Assembly (NCBI GenBank): GCA_021604525.1
Contig: BQJD01000013.1
Location: forward strand, 11,055 to 75,054
DNA from: a marine bacterium B5-7
GTDB taxonomy: Bacteria; Pseudomonadota; Gammaproteobacteria; Arenicellales; CAJQKF01
Length of the DNA stretch: 64,000 nt
Direction of reading: 5' to 3'
The notes beneath the pieces are model-generated. The model was not told the origin of the DNA. It saw only the letters and a program-made list of their open reading frames with translations, and made no database searches. Of the stretch, positions 41,671-53,056 are shown in pieces. Each line of letters starts with the position of its first letter. The stretch's first letter is position 1. A program made the translations under genes and the position numbers.

Positions 41671-41725
41671 TTTTTAATAATGGTGCAGTGCACTAAAACT
41701 TTTATCTATGCACCATGTGTAAGCG
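41671..41725. promoter_or_regulatory. Possible NtrC half-sites upstream of aapJ
   Basis: TGGTGCA (41681), TGCACTA (41689) and TGCACCA (41709) match halves of TGCACCA-N3-TGGTGCA; putative sigma70 TTGACC-N17-CATTCT on the minus strand at 41650-41622. Confidence 0.4.
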
Positions 41726-42033
41726 TAAAAAATAAATCACAGCATGTTTAGTGAATATTTATTCGAACCTTTAGAATATTTAGAATGAATCTAATTATTC
41801 GCTGGCGTGATGGCTATCGTTGTGAGCTTTACATTGTTGTTTTTATTCAAAGCTGTTTTGTGCGATTTGTAGTGTATACACCACTCGTGCGATGGGACGG
41901 TATCAAATGTGCATGCGATTAATTGTCCACGAACGCCTGTATGTTTCTAAGCACATTCATCAAAATTGATCTGCATTAAATTTGTCAGGCGTTGGCATGC
42001 CTGTCCGTTCTCATACTGAATGCAGACCGACGC

Positions 42034-43005
42034 TCAAGAGTTCAATGAATGTGCTTGTATGTCTGCGTGATAGGAAGATCTCACCATTGGCCCCGAAGCA
42101 ACGCTTTTAAACCCGAGTTCACTTGCGGTATTACCGAGGGCATCGAATTCTGCCGGGGACAGGTAACGTATCACCGGTAAATGGTGTAGCGATGGTTGCA
42201 GGTATTGCCCGAGAGTTATCATGTCGACGTCATGTTGTCTGAGATCGCGCATCACATCGACTACTTCATCCAGTGTTTCACCCAGACCCAGCATCAAACC
42301 CGACTTGGTGGGGACATCGGGTTTCATGTTGCGTTGGGCTTTCAGCAGATCGAGTGATCCCTGGTAGTGCGCGCCTGGTCTGGCAATGGAATACAATCGC
42401 GGAACCGTTTCCAGGTTGTGGTTAAAAACGTCTGCCGGATGATGCTTTAATATCTCGAGTGCCTTCTCGACCCTGCTGCGAAAGTCCGGCGTCAATATTT
42501 CGATTCGCACAGTCGGCGCCATCATACGTATCGCTTCAATGCATGCAGCAAAATGACCGGCACCGCCATCACGAAGGTCATCACGATCAACTGAAGTTAT
42601 CACAACATATCTAAGCGCCATGTCAGCAATGGTACGTGCCAGATTAGCGGGTTCATCCGCATCAAGCGGAAGGGGTCGCCCATGCGCAACATCACAAAAT
42701 GGGCAGCGGCGAGTGCAGATAGCGCCCATGATCATGAACGTGGCGGTACCCGCTTGAAAGCATTCTCCAAGATTCGGACAACTTGCTTCCTCACAGACCG
42801 TGTTAAGACCGTTGCTTCGAAGTTTCTTTTTTAACGCCGCGACTTGCGGCGTACCGGGAAGCTTTGATCGTATCCAGGCGGGTTTGCGCAATAATTCGTC
42901 ACGTCGAGTCGGCTCGAACCTCACCGGTACCCGGGTCATTTTGCGTTCAGCAGTTAACTTTTCACCTGCAATCACCCGCTTCAATACCTTGGGCGATTGA
43001 CTCAT
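42034..43005 (-). CDS. lipA: Lipoyl synthase
   Basis: [27 protein letters not shown]; ATGA overlap with gcvP. Confidence 0.97.
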   Translation of the reverse strand: MSQSPKVLKRVIAGEKLTAERKMTRVPVRFEPTRRDELLRKPAWIRSKLPGTPQVAALKKKLRSNGLNTVCEEASCPNLGECFQAGTATFMIMGAICTRRCPFCDVAHGRPLPLDADEPANLARTIADMALRYVVITSVDRDDLRDGGAGHFAACIEAIRMMAPTVRIEILTPDFRSRVEKALEILKHHPADVFNHNLETVPRLYSIARPGAHYQGSLDLLKAQRNMKPDVPTKSGLMLGLGETLDEVVDVMRDLRQHDVDMITLGQYLQPSLHHLPVIRYLSPAEFDALGNTASELGFKSVASGPMVRSSYHADIQAHSLNS

Positions 43006-45899
43006 CGATAGGCTTCCATCGGCGGGCAAGTACATACCAGGTGTTTGTCGCCATATACGTTATCGACCCTTCCAACTGGCGGCCAGTATTTGTCGTGGCG
43101 TGCTGATTCGCTCGGGAAAAAAGCTGCTTTGCGGGTATATGCATGCGGCCAGTCGTCACTGACCAGTAACGGGTAGGCATGTGGTGCGTTCCGCAGCGGA
43201 TTGTCTTGCCGATCAAATTCGCCATTTTCTACTTTTCGAATTTCATCCCGAATGCTGATCATGGCATCGCAGAAGCGGTCTATCTCTTCCTTGCTTTCGC
43301 TTTCTGTCGGTTCGATCATCAGGCTGTCATGTACTGGCCATGACATGGTGGGTGCGTGGAAGCCATAATCGACCAGTCGCTTGGCGACGTCTTCCACTGA
43401 AATGCCACTTGTTTCCTTCACCCCGGATAAGTCGACAATGCATTCGTGTGCAACCAATCCATTTTTACCGGTGTATACCACCGGGAAGTGTGGATTCAAA
43501 CGGTGGGCAATGTAATTGGCATTAAGAATCGCGATTTTGGTTGCATGGGTTAAACCGTCGCCGCCCATCATGGTCATGTAAGCCCATGAAATCGGCAGAA
43601 TACTGGCCGAACCCCATGGGGCAGCAGACACTGTACCGATGGTTTCCCGGCCACCGGCCGCAGGGTTTACACCTTCGACCATGGGATGATCTGGCAGGAA
43701 TTGGGCGAGATGCGTCTTCACGCCGATCGGACCCATACCCGGACCTCCGCCGCCGTGGGGAATCGCAAATGTTTTATGCAGATTGATGTGCGCTACATCG
43801 GCGCCGATCTCGGCAGGTCGACACAGACCGACCAGGGCATTGAGATTGGCGCCATCCATATAAATCTGTCCGCCGCCCTTGTGAACGATGTCACAGATCT
43901 CGCGTATGGATTCCTCAAAGACGCCGTGGGTGGATGGGTATGTCACCATCAATGCGGCCAGATTGTCGCGATGTTTATCGACTGTTTCAGCGAGTGTTTC
44001 GCAATCGATGTTACCTTCGTCATCGCAGTCGATGAGCACGACTTTCATGCCGGCCATGACCGCGCTCGCAGGGTTAGTGCCATGTGCCGATGAGGGAATG
44101 ATACAAACATTACGATGCGCGTCACCATTAGCCTTATGCCAGGCGCGTATACATAACAGACCGGTGTACTCGCCTTGTGAGCCGGCATTAGGCTGTAGCG
44201 AGATGGCATCAAAGCCGGTGACCTCGCACAACATACCTTCGAGTTCCTCGAAAAGTTGCTGATACCCTTGAGTCTGGTCGAGAGGAGCGAACGGATGCAA
44301 GGCGGTAAAGTCGCGAAAGCCGAGTGGTAACAACTCCGATGTCGCATTGAGTTTCATGGTGCAGGAACCAAGCGGAATCATGCTTCGTCCGAGACTGATA
44401 TCCTTGGCGGCGAGCCGCCTCAGGTAACGCATCATCTCGGTTTCAGAGTGATACTTGCTGAATGCTTCATTGACCAGGAAACGACTCTCGCGAGCAAGCG
44501 AATCGGGTATGGCGTCTTCAACAGTCGCATCTATCTCATCGATATCAAGCGGAGCGCCGGCGTGTGTGCTGAATACCTTCCAGAGCGCATCCAGATTCTG
44601 TCGGCGGGTGGTTTCGTCGAAGGAAACGCTGACATGATCGGCATCCACCGCACGAATGTTTATATTGGATTCGCGAGCCCTTGCGCAGATGCGACCGGCT
44701 AACCCAGGTGCATGGACCAGAACGGTATCGAAATAATGTGAGTTGACGACTTTATAACCGTTCTGACCGAGCCCGGCAGCGAATATGCGAGCCATGCGGT
44801 GGACCCGTTGCGCGATGATGCGTATGCCGTCTTCGCCGTGATACATGGCATAAAGTGCCGACAGTACCGCCAGTAAAACCTGTGCCGTACAGATGTTCGA
44901 CGTTGCCTTCTCGCGACGAATATGTTGCTCGCGTGTTTGCAATGCCATGCGCAAGGCACGATTGCCCTGGCTGTCTTTGGAAACACCGATAATTCGACCT
45001 GGTGTGGAACGTTTGTATGCTTCCTTGGTGGCGAAAAATGCGGCATGTGGTCCACCGTATCCCATGGGCACGCCAAATCGCTGGGTGTTGCCGACGACGA
45101 TATCAGCACCCAGTTCCCCTGGAGGTGTTAACAAGGCGAGTGAAAGAATATCGGCGGCAACCGTGACCAGTGCTCCCTGTTCGTGGACTTTCGCAATCAG
45201 TTTCCGCGGGTCGTTGATTGCGCCGGTTGAAGCGGGATATTGCAATAGAACGCCGAAACATTCGTACTCGCCAGCGTCATTGTTTGTATCAATGAGTTGT
45301 ATCTCGTAGCCGAGGGATTCAGCCCGGGTACGCACTACAGCAATAGTCTGCGGATGGCAGTCCTGATCGACCAGAAACACGTCGCTCTTGCTCTTTGATA
45401 CCCGCCGTGACATGGCCATGGCTTCGGCTGCTGCCGTTGCTTCGTCAAGCAGTGACGCGTTGGCCAGTTCCATTCCGGTGAGGTCGACGACCATTTGCTG
45501 AAAGTTAAGCAGCACCTCCATACGGCCCTGGCTAACTTCGGCCTGATAGGGGGTGTAGGCGGTATACCAGTCAGGGTTTTCAAGCACGTTACGACGTATG
45601 ACCGGCGGCATAACGGTGCCATGGTAGCCCGTGCCCAACATCGATACGAACACCTTGTTGCGATGACGCATCTGTCTTAAATAGGTACCGGTGCCGCGCT
45701 CCGATCGTGGCCCCGGTATATCGAGTTCCCGGTCGGTTCGTATTGTTGCAGGCACAGTCGCATCGATCAGTTGGTCGAGTGAACCCATGTCGAGTTCTGC
45801 CAGCATGGCTGCAACTTCTGCCTCGTCAGGTCCGATGTGTCGGCGTACAAAGTCGCCATGTTGTTCCAGATCGTAGATCGGCGCGTGTTTCTCTCTCAT
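43002..45899 (-). CDS. gcvP: Glycine dehydrogenase (decarboxylating), P protein
   Basis: [48 protein letters not shown]. Confidence 0.98.
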   Translation of the reverse strand: MREKHAPIYDLEQHGDFVRRHIGPDEAEVAAMLAELDMGSLDQLIDATVPATIRTDRELDIPGPRSERGTGTYLRQMRHRNKVFVSMLGTGYHGTVMPPVIRRNVLENPDWYTAYTPYQAEVSQGRMEVLLNFQQMVVDLTGMELANASLLDEATAAAEAMAMSRRVSKSKSDVFLVDQDCHPQTIAVVRTRAESLGYEIQLIDTNNDAGEYECFGVLLQYPASTGAINDPRKLIAKVHEQGALVTVAADILSLALLTPPGELGADIVVGNTQRFGVPMGYGGPHAAFFATKEAYKRSTPGRIIGVSKDSQGNRALRMALQTREQHIRREKATSNICTAQVLLAVLSALYAMYHGEDGIRIIAQRVHRMARIFAAGLGQNGYKVVNSHYFDTVLVHAPGLAGRICARARESNINIRAVDADHVSVSFDETTRRQNLDALWKVFSTHAGAPLDIDEIDATVEDAIPDSLARESRFLVNEAFSKYHSETEMMRYLRRLAAKDISLGRSMIPLGSCTMKLNATSELLPLGFRDFTALHPFAPLDQTQGYQQLFEELEGMLCEVTGFDAISLQPNAGSQGEYTGLLCIRAWHKANGDAHRNVCIIPSSAHGTNPASAVMAGMKVVLIDCDDEGNIDCETLAETVDKHRDNLAALMVTYPSTHGVFEESIREICDIVHKGGGQIYMDGANLNALVGLCRPAEIGADVAHINLHKTFAIPHGGGGPGMGPIGVKTHLAQFLPDHPMVEGVNPAAGGRETIGTVSAAPWGSASILPISWAYMTMMGGDGLTHATKIAILNANYIAHRLNPHFPVVYTGKNGLVAHECIVDLSGVKETSGISVEDVAKRLVDYGFHAPTMSWPVHDSLMIEPTESESKEEIDRFCDAMISIRDEIRKVENGEFDRQDNPLRNAPHAYPLLVSDDWPHAYTRKAAFFPSESARHDKYWPPVGRVDNVYGDKHLVCTCPPMEAYR

Positions 45900-45921
45900 G
45901 ATGCTTTTTGCACTTCCTTAA

Positions 45922-46302
45922 TTATTCAAGACTGTTCAAATAGGCCTGGTAGGCCGATTCATCCATCAGGGAGTCGAGTTCGCTGTCGTCCGCGAGTCGT
46001 ATTCGGTATAACCAGCCTTCGCCCGCCGGATCTTCATTGGTGGCTTGCGGATTATCGGCCAGGTCCTCGTTGACACTGGAAATGGTGCCGGACACAGGCG
46101 TTTTAACATCTCCCGCCGCTTTAACCGATTCGACCACCGCACAATCGTCTCCTTGACTGACTTCGGCGCCGACATCGGGCAGTTCGATATAAACCAGTTC
46201 GCCTAACTGTTCCTGAGCGTAATCTGTGATGCCGACGATGCCTTCACCGTCCTCATCGATTCGAATCCACTCATGGTCTTCGGTGAATCTGAAAGTACTC
46301 AT
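45922..46302 (-). CDS. gcvH: Glycine cleavage system H protein
   Basis: HEW, GITDYAQ, VESVKAA lipoyl-Lys. Confidence 0.97.
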   Translation of the reverse strand: MSTFRFTEDHEWIRIDEDGEGIVGITDYAQEQLGELVYIELPDVGAEVSQGDDCAVVESVKAAGDVKTPVSGTISSVNEDLADNPQATNEDPAGEGWLYRIRLADDSELDSLMDESAYQAYLNSLE

Positions 46303-46349
46303 AGGATTATCTCTGTTGTTGTTGTAGTGGATGTTGATAAGTAAAAAAT

Positions 46350-47468
46350 TCAGCGCGCAAAACGCTGGGGAACAAAGGGGAGTTTATGAACTTCGACATC
46401 AATCGGTCGGTTTCGAACCCGTGCGATAAGTGCAGTGCCGGGTGTCGCCAGCCCTGTGTCGACATATCCCATGGCGACTGGTCCATTGACAGTCGGGCCG
46501 AATCCGCCGCTGGTTATAACGCCTATAACTTCACCCGCTGCATTTTCAAGGGGCGCGCCCTCGCGAACCGGCGCACGGCCCGTGGCGCGGATGCCGACAC
46601 GGCTTCGGGCGGCTCCATTGGCCAGTTCATCGAGAATGACCGCTGCGCCAGGGAAACCGCCTTCACGTTCGCCACCTGCTCGACGGGCTTTTTGTATGGA
46701 CCAGGCGAGGCGTGCCGCAACCGGTGTTGTGGTGGTGTCGATATCGTGGCCGTACAGGCACAGTCCCGCTTCAAGACGCAAGGAATCCCTGGCACCGAGT
46801 CCGGCCGGTGTGACCCCGGGATGCTTGAGTAGTAATCGTGCCAAAGTTTCGGCATGGTCGGCGGCAATGGATATCTCGAAACCATCTTCACCGGTATAAC
46901 CTGATCGGGTCACGAAACATCGATCGCCGGTCAGATCGAAAAAACTGCCTTCCATGAATTTCAAGTCGGCAACGCCGGCGTTGAGTTCACCCAGCGCTTC
47001 GACCGCGCGTGGACCTTGCAGAGCGAGCAGAGCACGCGATTCAAGTGGTTCTATTCGACAATGGTTGCCGATGCTGGACTGCATGTGCACGGTATCCTCG
47101 GCCTTGCACGCAGCGTTCACTACCACGAAGAAGTCGGATTCTCTACGGGTGACCATGAGGTCGTCGCGAATGCCACCGACGTCATTGGTCAGCAGGCAGT
47201 AGCGTTGTCGAAATTCGCCAAGGTCGATTAATGCCATGGGCACCAACGATTCAAGCGCAGCACCGGCGTCATCGCCGGATACAACCACTTGACCCATGTG
47301 GGAGACATCGAAAAGACCGGCACCGGCGCGTGTCCTCAAATGTTCCTTGAGGATGCCGGTGGGATACTGCACGGGTAAATCGTAGCCGGCAAAGGGCACC
47401 ATTTTGGCGCCAAGCTCTCGGTGCAGTGCATTAAGGGGTGTAGGTATGGGGGTATTAGTTGAATTCAT
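46350..47468 (-). CDS. gcvT: Glycine cleavage system aminomethyltransferase T
   Basis: LFDVSHMGQ, RSGYTGEDGFE, GLGARDSLRLEAGLCLYG. Confidence 0.97.
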   Translation of the reverse strand: MNSTNTPIPTPLNALHRELGAKMVPFAGYDLPVQYPTGILKEHLRTRAGAGLFDVSHMGQVVVSGDDAGAALESLVPMALIDLGEFRQRYCLLTNDVGGIRDDLMVTRRESDFFVVVNAACKAEDTVHMQSSIGNHCRIEPLESRALLALQGPRAVEALGELNAGVADLKFMEGSFFDLTGDRCFVTRSGYTGEDGFEISIAADHAETLARLLLKHPGVTPAGLGARDSLRLEAGLCLYGHDIDTTTTPVAARLAWSIQKARRAGGEREGGFPGAAVILDELANGAARSRVGIRATGRAPVREGAPLENAAGEVIGVITSGGFGPTVNGPVAMGYVDTGLATPGTALIARVRNRPIDVEVHKLPFVPQRFAR

Positions 47469-47531
47469 GGGCCGAGACTATATCGAATGGGACAGTGATT
47501 TGGAATCGTCATAATCGTTTACAATCGCGCC

Positions 47532-48560
47532 ATGAATGAAAAGAATAAACATCTTCGATACGATAACCCGCCGGTCATCGAAGTCTGGCGCGGGTCCTTT
47601 CTTGAATGCATCCATCGCGGCGCCGCCGTGGTGGTTGACCTGGCTGGCAATATCCTGTTCGAGGTCGGCGATGTGACGCGGCCAATCTATGCCCGTTCAT
47701 CGCTCAAGCCGCTGCAGGCGCTGGCAATGGTTGAATCCGGCGCGGCGACACATTATCGACTCGATGGTGCACATCTGTCTTTAGCTTGTGCCTCCCATAA
47801 CGGTGAAAAAGCGCATGTGGATCGGGTGATGAAATGGCTCTCGGCCATAGACGCCGATGAATCGACACTGGAATGCGGGGCACATTATCCACTGGATCAG
47901 CCTGCTCGCGACGAGTTGGTCTGCCAGGATCTAAAACCGCAGAGGGTCCACAACAACTGCTCCGGTAAGCACAGCGGGTTCCTGACTTTGGCACGATATT
48001 TAGGTATCGATCCGGTCGGTTATATCGAACCGAATCATCCACTGCAGCAGGAAATCACCCGCACTGTTGAAGAGACTTGCGACTATGCCCTTGGTGACGC
48101 TGAACCCGGTGTCGATGGTTGCGGCATTCCGGTCTACGGGATTCCTCTTTTTAGTCTTGCCAACGCATTTGCGGCCTTTTCGACCCGTGCGAATGGCGGA
48201 GATGTTCGCGCCAAATCACGCCAGGCAATTGTCGATGGCATATTGGAATATCCTTATCTCATAGCCGGGCGAGAGCGATTTGATTCGCGGGTCATAGAGG
48301 CGTCGCGGGGTGGAGCAATTGTGAAAACCGGTGCTGAAGGCGTTTTCATCGGCACGCTACTTGATGAAGGCATCGGTATCGCACTTAAGATTGACGATGG
48401 GGCAACCCGTGCATCGGAAGTGCTGATGGCAGAATTGCTGGCGCGCTTCAGCCGTAATCCTGTATTTGTCGAAGCGCTTGATGCCGAACGTAACATACCC
48501 ATTAAAAATGCCGCCGGCCTTACGGTTGGCGCTGTTAGAGCAGCCGCGTTGTCAGTTTGA
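47532..48560 (+). CDS. L-asparaginase II (Rhizobium etli AnsA-type, class 3)
   Basis: RSSLKPLQA, ASHNGE, NNCSGKH, DGCG, KTGAEG. Confidence 0.9.
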   Translation: MNEKNKHLRYDNPPVIEVWRGSFLECIHRGAAVVVDLAGNILFEVGDVTRPIYARSSLKPLQALAMVESGAATHYRLDGAHLSLACASHNGEKAHVDRVMKWLSAIDADESTLECGAHYPLDQPARDELVCQDLKPQRVHNNCSGKHSGFLTLARYLGIDPVGYIEPNHPLQQEITRTVEETCDYALGDAEPGVDGCGIPVYGIPLFSLANAFAAFSTRANGGDVRAKSRQAIVDGILEYPYLIAGRERFDSRVIEASRGGAIVKTGAEGVFIGTLLDEGIGIALKIDDGATRASEVLMAELLARFSRNPVFVEALDAERNIPIKNAAGLTVGAVRAAALSV

Positions 48561-48633
48561 AGTTGGTCGATGCGGATATTGTGAATTATCGGGTGATTTG
48601 CACCGTTTAAAAGTCATCTGGAATACTGGATTC

Positions 48634-49566
48634 TCAAGCACGTGTTTTTACGGATTCTGTCGTCGATTGGCTTCCCCGCGAGATGACCGCAATGCCTGTG
48701 ATCACCATGCACAGTGCAACCCAGGTAGACCATTGGAAGTGCTCGTTGAGAAACACGATTCCGAAGATGGCCCCCAACACCGGGATCAGGTAATTGACCT
48801 GTGACATTCGTCCCGCACCCAGGTTTTTTACCAGACGGAAGTAGAGCAGGGTGGCGAGTGCGCTCGGGAATAATCCGAGAGCAATAACCGTAATAATGGA
48901 AATGGTTGTCGGTTGCATGGTCAATGGTTGCTCAATCAGAAAAGCCAGCGGGACTGCCAACACTGCGCCGCAGGTTTGTGATCCGGCCGCCATCACCGGG
49001 CCGCTTAGTGTTGTGGTGCGTCGAATGAACACCGTGGTCACGGCGTAACATAGCGCACCACCGAGAACGGCCAGTTTTGCAAGAGTCGACGTAGTCAAGC
49101 CACTGAGAGAGTCGACTCCGACCAGTATGACAACGCCTGTGAAGCTGATGGCCACACCGATTCCCTTGCGCAATGTGAATGGTTCATCAGGTATCAGCAA
49201 GTGAGCGAGAACGAGTGTTGCAACAGGCATTACACCCATCAGGATAGCGGCCATGCCACTATCGACGGTCTGCTCACCGTAGCCGATAAGAAAGAACGGC
49301 AGAATGTTTCCGGTCACGCCGATGACGGTAAACTTTACCCAATCGATTGGCTCGCGAGGCAGTCTGCCGCCCGTGGAATACAGGAAAAGGACGAGGATCA
49401 CAGCGGCGATGGCTATGCGTGATGCAGCCACGGTCCATGGCCCCACTTCGATGACTGCAATTTTGATCAGCAAGAATGAACTGCTCCAGATAACGCCGAG
49501 CACAAGGAACAGGGTATAGTCGATTAGACGACTATCGGTTGCATTGATGTGATGTTGAAGTTGCAA
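48634..49566 (-). CDS. DMT/EamA-family transporter (start approximate)
   Basis: IWSSSF, ten TM helices, duplicated EamA halves; probable TTG start near 49566 because the longer ORF overlaps the divergent gene. Confidence 0.88.
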   Translation of the reverse strand: MQLQHHINATDSRLIDYTLFLVLGVIWSSSFLLIKIAVIEVGPWTVAASRIAIAAVILVLFLYSTGGRLPREPIDWVKFTVIGVTGNILPFFLIGYGEQTVDSGMAAILMGVMPVATLVLAHLLIPDEPFTLRKGIGVAISFTGVVILVGVDSLSGLTTSTLAKLAVLGGALCYAVTTVFIRRTTTLSGPVMAAGSQTCGAVLAVPLAFLIEQPLTMQPTTISIITVIALGLFPSALATLLYFRLVKNLGAGRMSQVNYLIPVLGAIFGIVFLNEHFQWSTWVALCMVITGIAVISRGSQSTTESVKTRA

Positions 49567-49690
49567 GATATTAATCCATAATATGCAAGGTTGATTTGCT
49601 GCATATTGCAGCTCGCACGAATGATCGTTTGCCGTTTGCGCTGACCTTAGGTTGTCGGCACGGCTTAAACCAAGCTGATTACGCCATAGA

Positions 49691-50512
49691 ATGATACACA
49701 AATATTCAAGAGTTTCCGGGGTTGCGTCCATCCTTGCTGAAGATGAAGAACCACCGTATGAATTGATTAACATTGAGGGTCGTTCACCCATCGTCATTAC
49801 CTGTGATCACGCCAGTAACCGGATTCCTCGTTCGCTCGATAATCTTGGCCTGCCGGCGTCCTCACTTCGGGAACATATTGCCTGGGATATTGGTTGTGCG
49901 GCCCTGTCGAGGCGATTGTCGGCACTGATGAATGCACCGGCGATACTCGGTGGATTTTCACGCCTCGTAGTGGATCTGAATCGTCATCTGAACGACCCTT
50001 CCTCTATCCCGGAGATTAGCGACAATACGCCCGTGCCTGGCAATCAGGGTATTGATCGCACTCATGCAGCACAGCGGGTCGAAGAAATTTTTCTGCCATA
50101 TCACACGGCCTTGAGTGCATTGCTGGCCGAGGTGCATGCCACTCAAGGCGTGCCGGTTATATTATCGTTGCACAGCTTTACTCCGCGATGGGCTAACTTC
50201 GAACGTCCCTGGCATGTGGGTGTGTTATGGAATCGGGATGGGCGAATCGCACATCCATTGATCAAAAACCTGCGACACAATCCTGATCTGTGTGTAGGTG
50301 ACAACCAGCCCTATCATGCGCGGGAGCCAGTGGGGTATGGCATGGACGTTCACGCCGAAGGCAATGGTTATCCTCATGCATTACTCGAGATTCGTCAGGA
50401 TCTTCTGTCAACGCCCGAAGGCATCGATCACTGGGCTAATCTGCTGTTTGATGCGCTGTCAGATGTCCTTAATGACAAGTCGATTTATCAGCAGGTGGAG
50501 TTCGAGTCATGA
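49691..50512 (+). CDS. N-formylglutamate amidohydrolase family protein
   Basis: CDHAS, HIAWDIG, SRLVVDLNR, SLHSFTP, GDNQPY, LEIRQD. Confidence 0.92.
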   Translation: MIHKYSRVSGVASILAEDEEPPYELINIEGRSPIVITCDHASNRIPRSLDNLGLPASSLREHIAWDIGCAALSRRLSALMNAPAILGGFSRLVVDLNRHLNDPSSIPEISDNTPVPGNQGIDRTHAAQRVEEIFLPYHTALSALLAEVHATQGVPVILSLHSFTPRWANFERPWHVGVLWNRDGRIAHPLIKNLRHNPDLCVGDNQPYHAREPVGYGMDVHAEGNGYPHALLEIRQDLLSTPEGIDHWANLLFDALSDVLNDKSIYQQVEFES

Positions 50513-51672
50513 TTAAAGAACCAGGATTCACCATCGGAATTGAAGAAGAATATATGGTGGTGGATCGCAAGACACGTAACCTGATTCGGGAGGCACCAGA
50601 AACGCTGATAGAGGAATGTCGTGAACGTCTGGGCGATCTGGTCACGCCTGAGTTCCTGCAGTGCCAGATTGAAGTAGGTACGCCAGTGTGCGCAAGCATT
50701 GCTGAGGCCCGTGAACATCTTGTCTTCTTAAGACGTAATGTCTCGGAGGTGGTTGAAGCTCATGGCCTCGCACTGATGGCTGCGTCGACTCATCCGTTTG
50801 CCCGTGAGGGGCGCCAGCAACACACGCCAAAGGAACGTTACGATGCGCTTGCGAAGGACTTGCAGCAGGTGGTTCGTCGATTAGCTATCAGTGGTATGCA
50901 CGTACATGTCGGTATCGAAGATGACGACCTTAGAATCGATCTGATGGCGCAGGTCAGCTACATTCTGCCGCATCTTTTGGCATTGTCCACTTCATCGCCT
51001 TTCTGGAGTGGTCACGATACCGGGCTGAAATCCTATCGAATATCGATATGGGATGAACTGCCTCGAACCGGGTTACCGGAATCATTCGAGAGTTTTCCAG
51101 AATATCGACGCCATGTAGATGTTTTATGTAAGGCCGGAATTATCGAAGACGCCACCAAAATCTGGTGGGACATTCGTCCCTCGGAACGCTTTTCCACTCT
51201 GGAGATGCGCATATCCGATGTGTGCACCCGCCTCGACGACGCACTATGCGTCGCCTCCCTGTATCGCTGCTGGCTGCGAATGCTTTACCGGTTGCGTCGC
51301 AATAATATGAAGTGGCGGCGCTATGCTCGCATGCTGATTGAAGAGAACCGCTGGCGGGCGCATCGCTATGGAATAGATGAAGGATTGATCGATTTTGGTC
51401 GTGGCGAAACGGTGCCCTATCCTGAACTGTTTGAAGAGATGCTCGATCTGATCGATGATGATATCGAATTTTTTAATTGTCGCGCCGAAGTCGAACATGG
51501 ACGTAACATCATTACTCGCGGCACCAGCGCGCATCAACAACTCAACTGTTACCGGGACGCTATCAACGCCGGTGCGTCAGTTCGTGAGGCACTTGCTGCG
51601 GTGGTTGATTTAGTCGTTGTCGAGTCCCTGTCGGGAATCACCGAGATAAGTCTGGAAGGCGTCGAGGCTTGA
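50509..51672 (+). CDS. Carboxylate-amine ligase (YbdK/GCS2 family)
   Basis: GIEEEY, QIEVGT, GMHVHVG, SSPFW, WWDIRP, LEMR; ATGA overlap with the amidohydrolase. Confidence 0.93.
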   Translation: MIKEPGFTIGIEEEYMVVDRKTRNLIREAPETLIEECRERLGDLVTPEFLQCQIEVGTPVCASIAEAREHLVFLRRNVSEVVEAHGLALMAASTHPFAREGRQQHTPKERYDALAKDLQQVVRRLAISGMHVHVGIEDDDLRIDLMAQVSYILPHLLALSTSSPFWSGHDTGLKSYRISIWDELPRTGLPESFESFPEYRRHVDVLCKAGIIEDATKIWWDIRPSERFSTLEMRISDVCTRLDDALCVASLYRCWLRMLYRLRRNNMKWRRYARMLIEENRWRAHRYGIDEGLIDFGRGETVPYPELFEEMLDLIDDDIEFFNCRAEVEHGRNIITRGTSAHQQLNCYRDAINAGASVREALAAVVDLVVVESLSGITEISLEGVEA

Positions 51673-52536
51673 TAGAAAAATATCAGTGGTTTTCCGCATC
51701 GGCACCCGCACGGTCGACATGTAGTTAATCAGATCCTTGCCTTCTCGCAATAGTTTCGAGCCACGATTAAAAACTTCGTTATTGAGTAGATTATCAGCGT
51801 TGTCTTCGCGTCGGGGAAGATGCTCGATCAACCGATCGCCAGTGACAACATATTCAGGCCATATTGCGAAAAAATCCGGATCGTTTTTCATTATCTCTGT
51901 GTAACGCTTGGCAACGTCGGCATATTGATCAATTCGTTCAGAGATACCTGCAAACAATTCAAGTGGTGAAAACACGTCGATCAGGCGAGTTGCCACTTCA
52001 TCGATAGTTCGAAGTGCCTGGGCAATCTTGATATAGCGACTCTCGTAATAATCCTTGATAGACAAGGTGAATACCTTGAGTGGTTCACCCCACAATTCGT
52101 CAATACCCTCCTCGCCACTGACATGTCGAACCTGGGCGCCAAGTTCCAGCGCTTCGCGAAAACATTTGCCGCATTCACGTAGCAGTTCGTTATCACGTTG
52201 GATAGATATACCTTTCTCTTCCATCTCCACCACACTGGTAAAAATATCGGTGGCACGATTAAACAGGGCTCCTGCAAGCATTGCCGCATTGACCCGTTTC
52301 TTGTCCGGGTCATGCTCTCTATCGTAGTACTCGCGCGCCTGTTTTAAGCGTATGCCCGGTGTGTTGATACCCGGTTCGCTATGGTGAAAAGTCCTGCGCG
52401 TCAGTGCATCGAGGAGGTCACGACGCGCTCTGTAAGTATCTTCCGGTTCGTAAAATCTTATCCAGTAACCGTCATAGAGAATACACTCGTGACCGTCGAT
52501 CACTTTGCGTGGACGGGTATCGAGATTGGTCGTCAT
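51610..52536 (-). CDS. Hypothetical cytoplasmic protein (~308 aa)
   Basis: Long ORF with native-looking charged helical composition; no family motif recognised; 3' end overlaps the ligase by 63 nt. Confidence 0.8.
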   Translation of the reverse strand: MTTNLDTRPRKVIDGHECILYDGYWIRFYEPEDTYRARRDLLDALTRRTFHHSEPGINTPGIRLKQAREYYDREHDPDKKRVNAAMLAGALFNRATDIFTSVVEMEEKGISIQRDNELLRECGKCFREALELGAQVRHVSGEEGIDELWGEPLKVFTLSIKDYYESRYIKIAQALRTIDEVATRLIDVFSPLELFAGISERIDQYADVAKRYTEIMKNDPDFFAIWPEYVVTGDRLIEHLPRREDNADNLLNNEVFNRGSKLLREGKDLINYMSTVRVPMRKTTDIFLSSLDAFQTYLGDSRQGLDND

Positions 52537-53056
52537 GGTTTTGTTCACTCAACAACCCGGGTTTCGCTGTGGTTCAAAATCAAGTTAACTTTCCAGGTAG
52601 CTAATACAATTTTGGTGGTGAGCTCAAATAGTTCAACCGTTGTGGACTTGCTGTGTCAAATCGAATAAAGCTAACCCAACTGCAATCCGCATCAATGGCG
52701 ATGATGACAACGAAGTTGATTTAACCTTAGTGTGACGAATTTCCCACAACTTTATCAGCACCCGAATTACACGTTGGTCGTAGTAGAAGGCGAAACAACA
52801 AGAGTACGCCAGAACGTCCAAGGATACCGAATTGTACGGCAAGTTGTCGGTGGTGTTAATCCGTATGACGAATAAGTACAAGCGTGCAATACTGTACGGC
52901 GATCAGACAGGTGCCATTAATATGCGCTTTAGTCACAACGATTCACTTTTTCGCTGAAAATAATCATGTACATTGCGTGCTCGATTGACATCAAGTGGAC
53001 GTCTCGATTAGTTGACTGGTAAAGCTTTTAAACCACCTGAAGTCAAGTAATCGCGG

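Noticed and set aside
47469-47531. Glycine riboswitch upstream of gcvT
   Set aside because: Only 63 nt separate gcvT from the divergent asparaginase, and no aptamer motifs are visible.
52785-52815. c-di-GMP-like GGCGAAAC...ACGCC fragment
   Set aside because: The required paired elements are missing.
52633-52881. 82 aa minus-strand ORF in the intergenic region
   Set aside because: Non-ATG start, no RBS and atypical composition.
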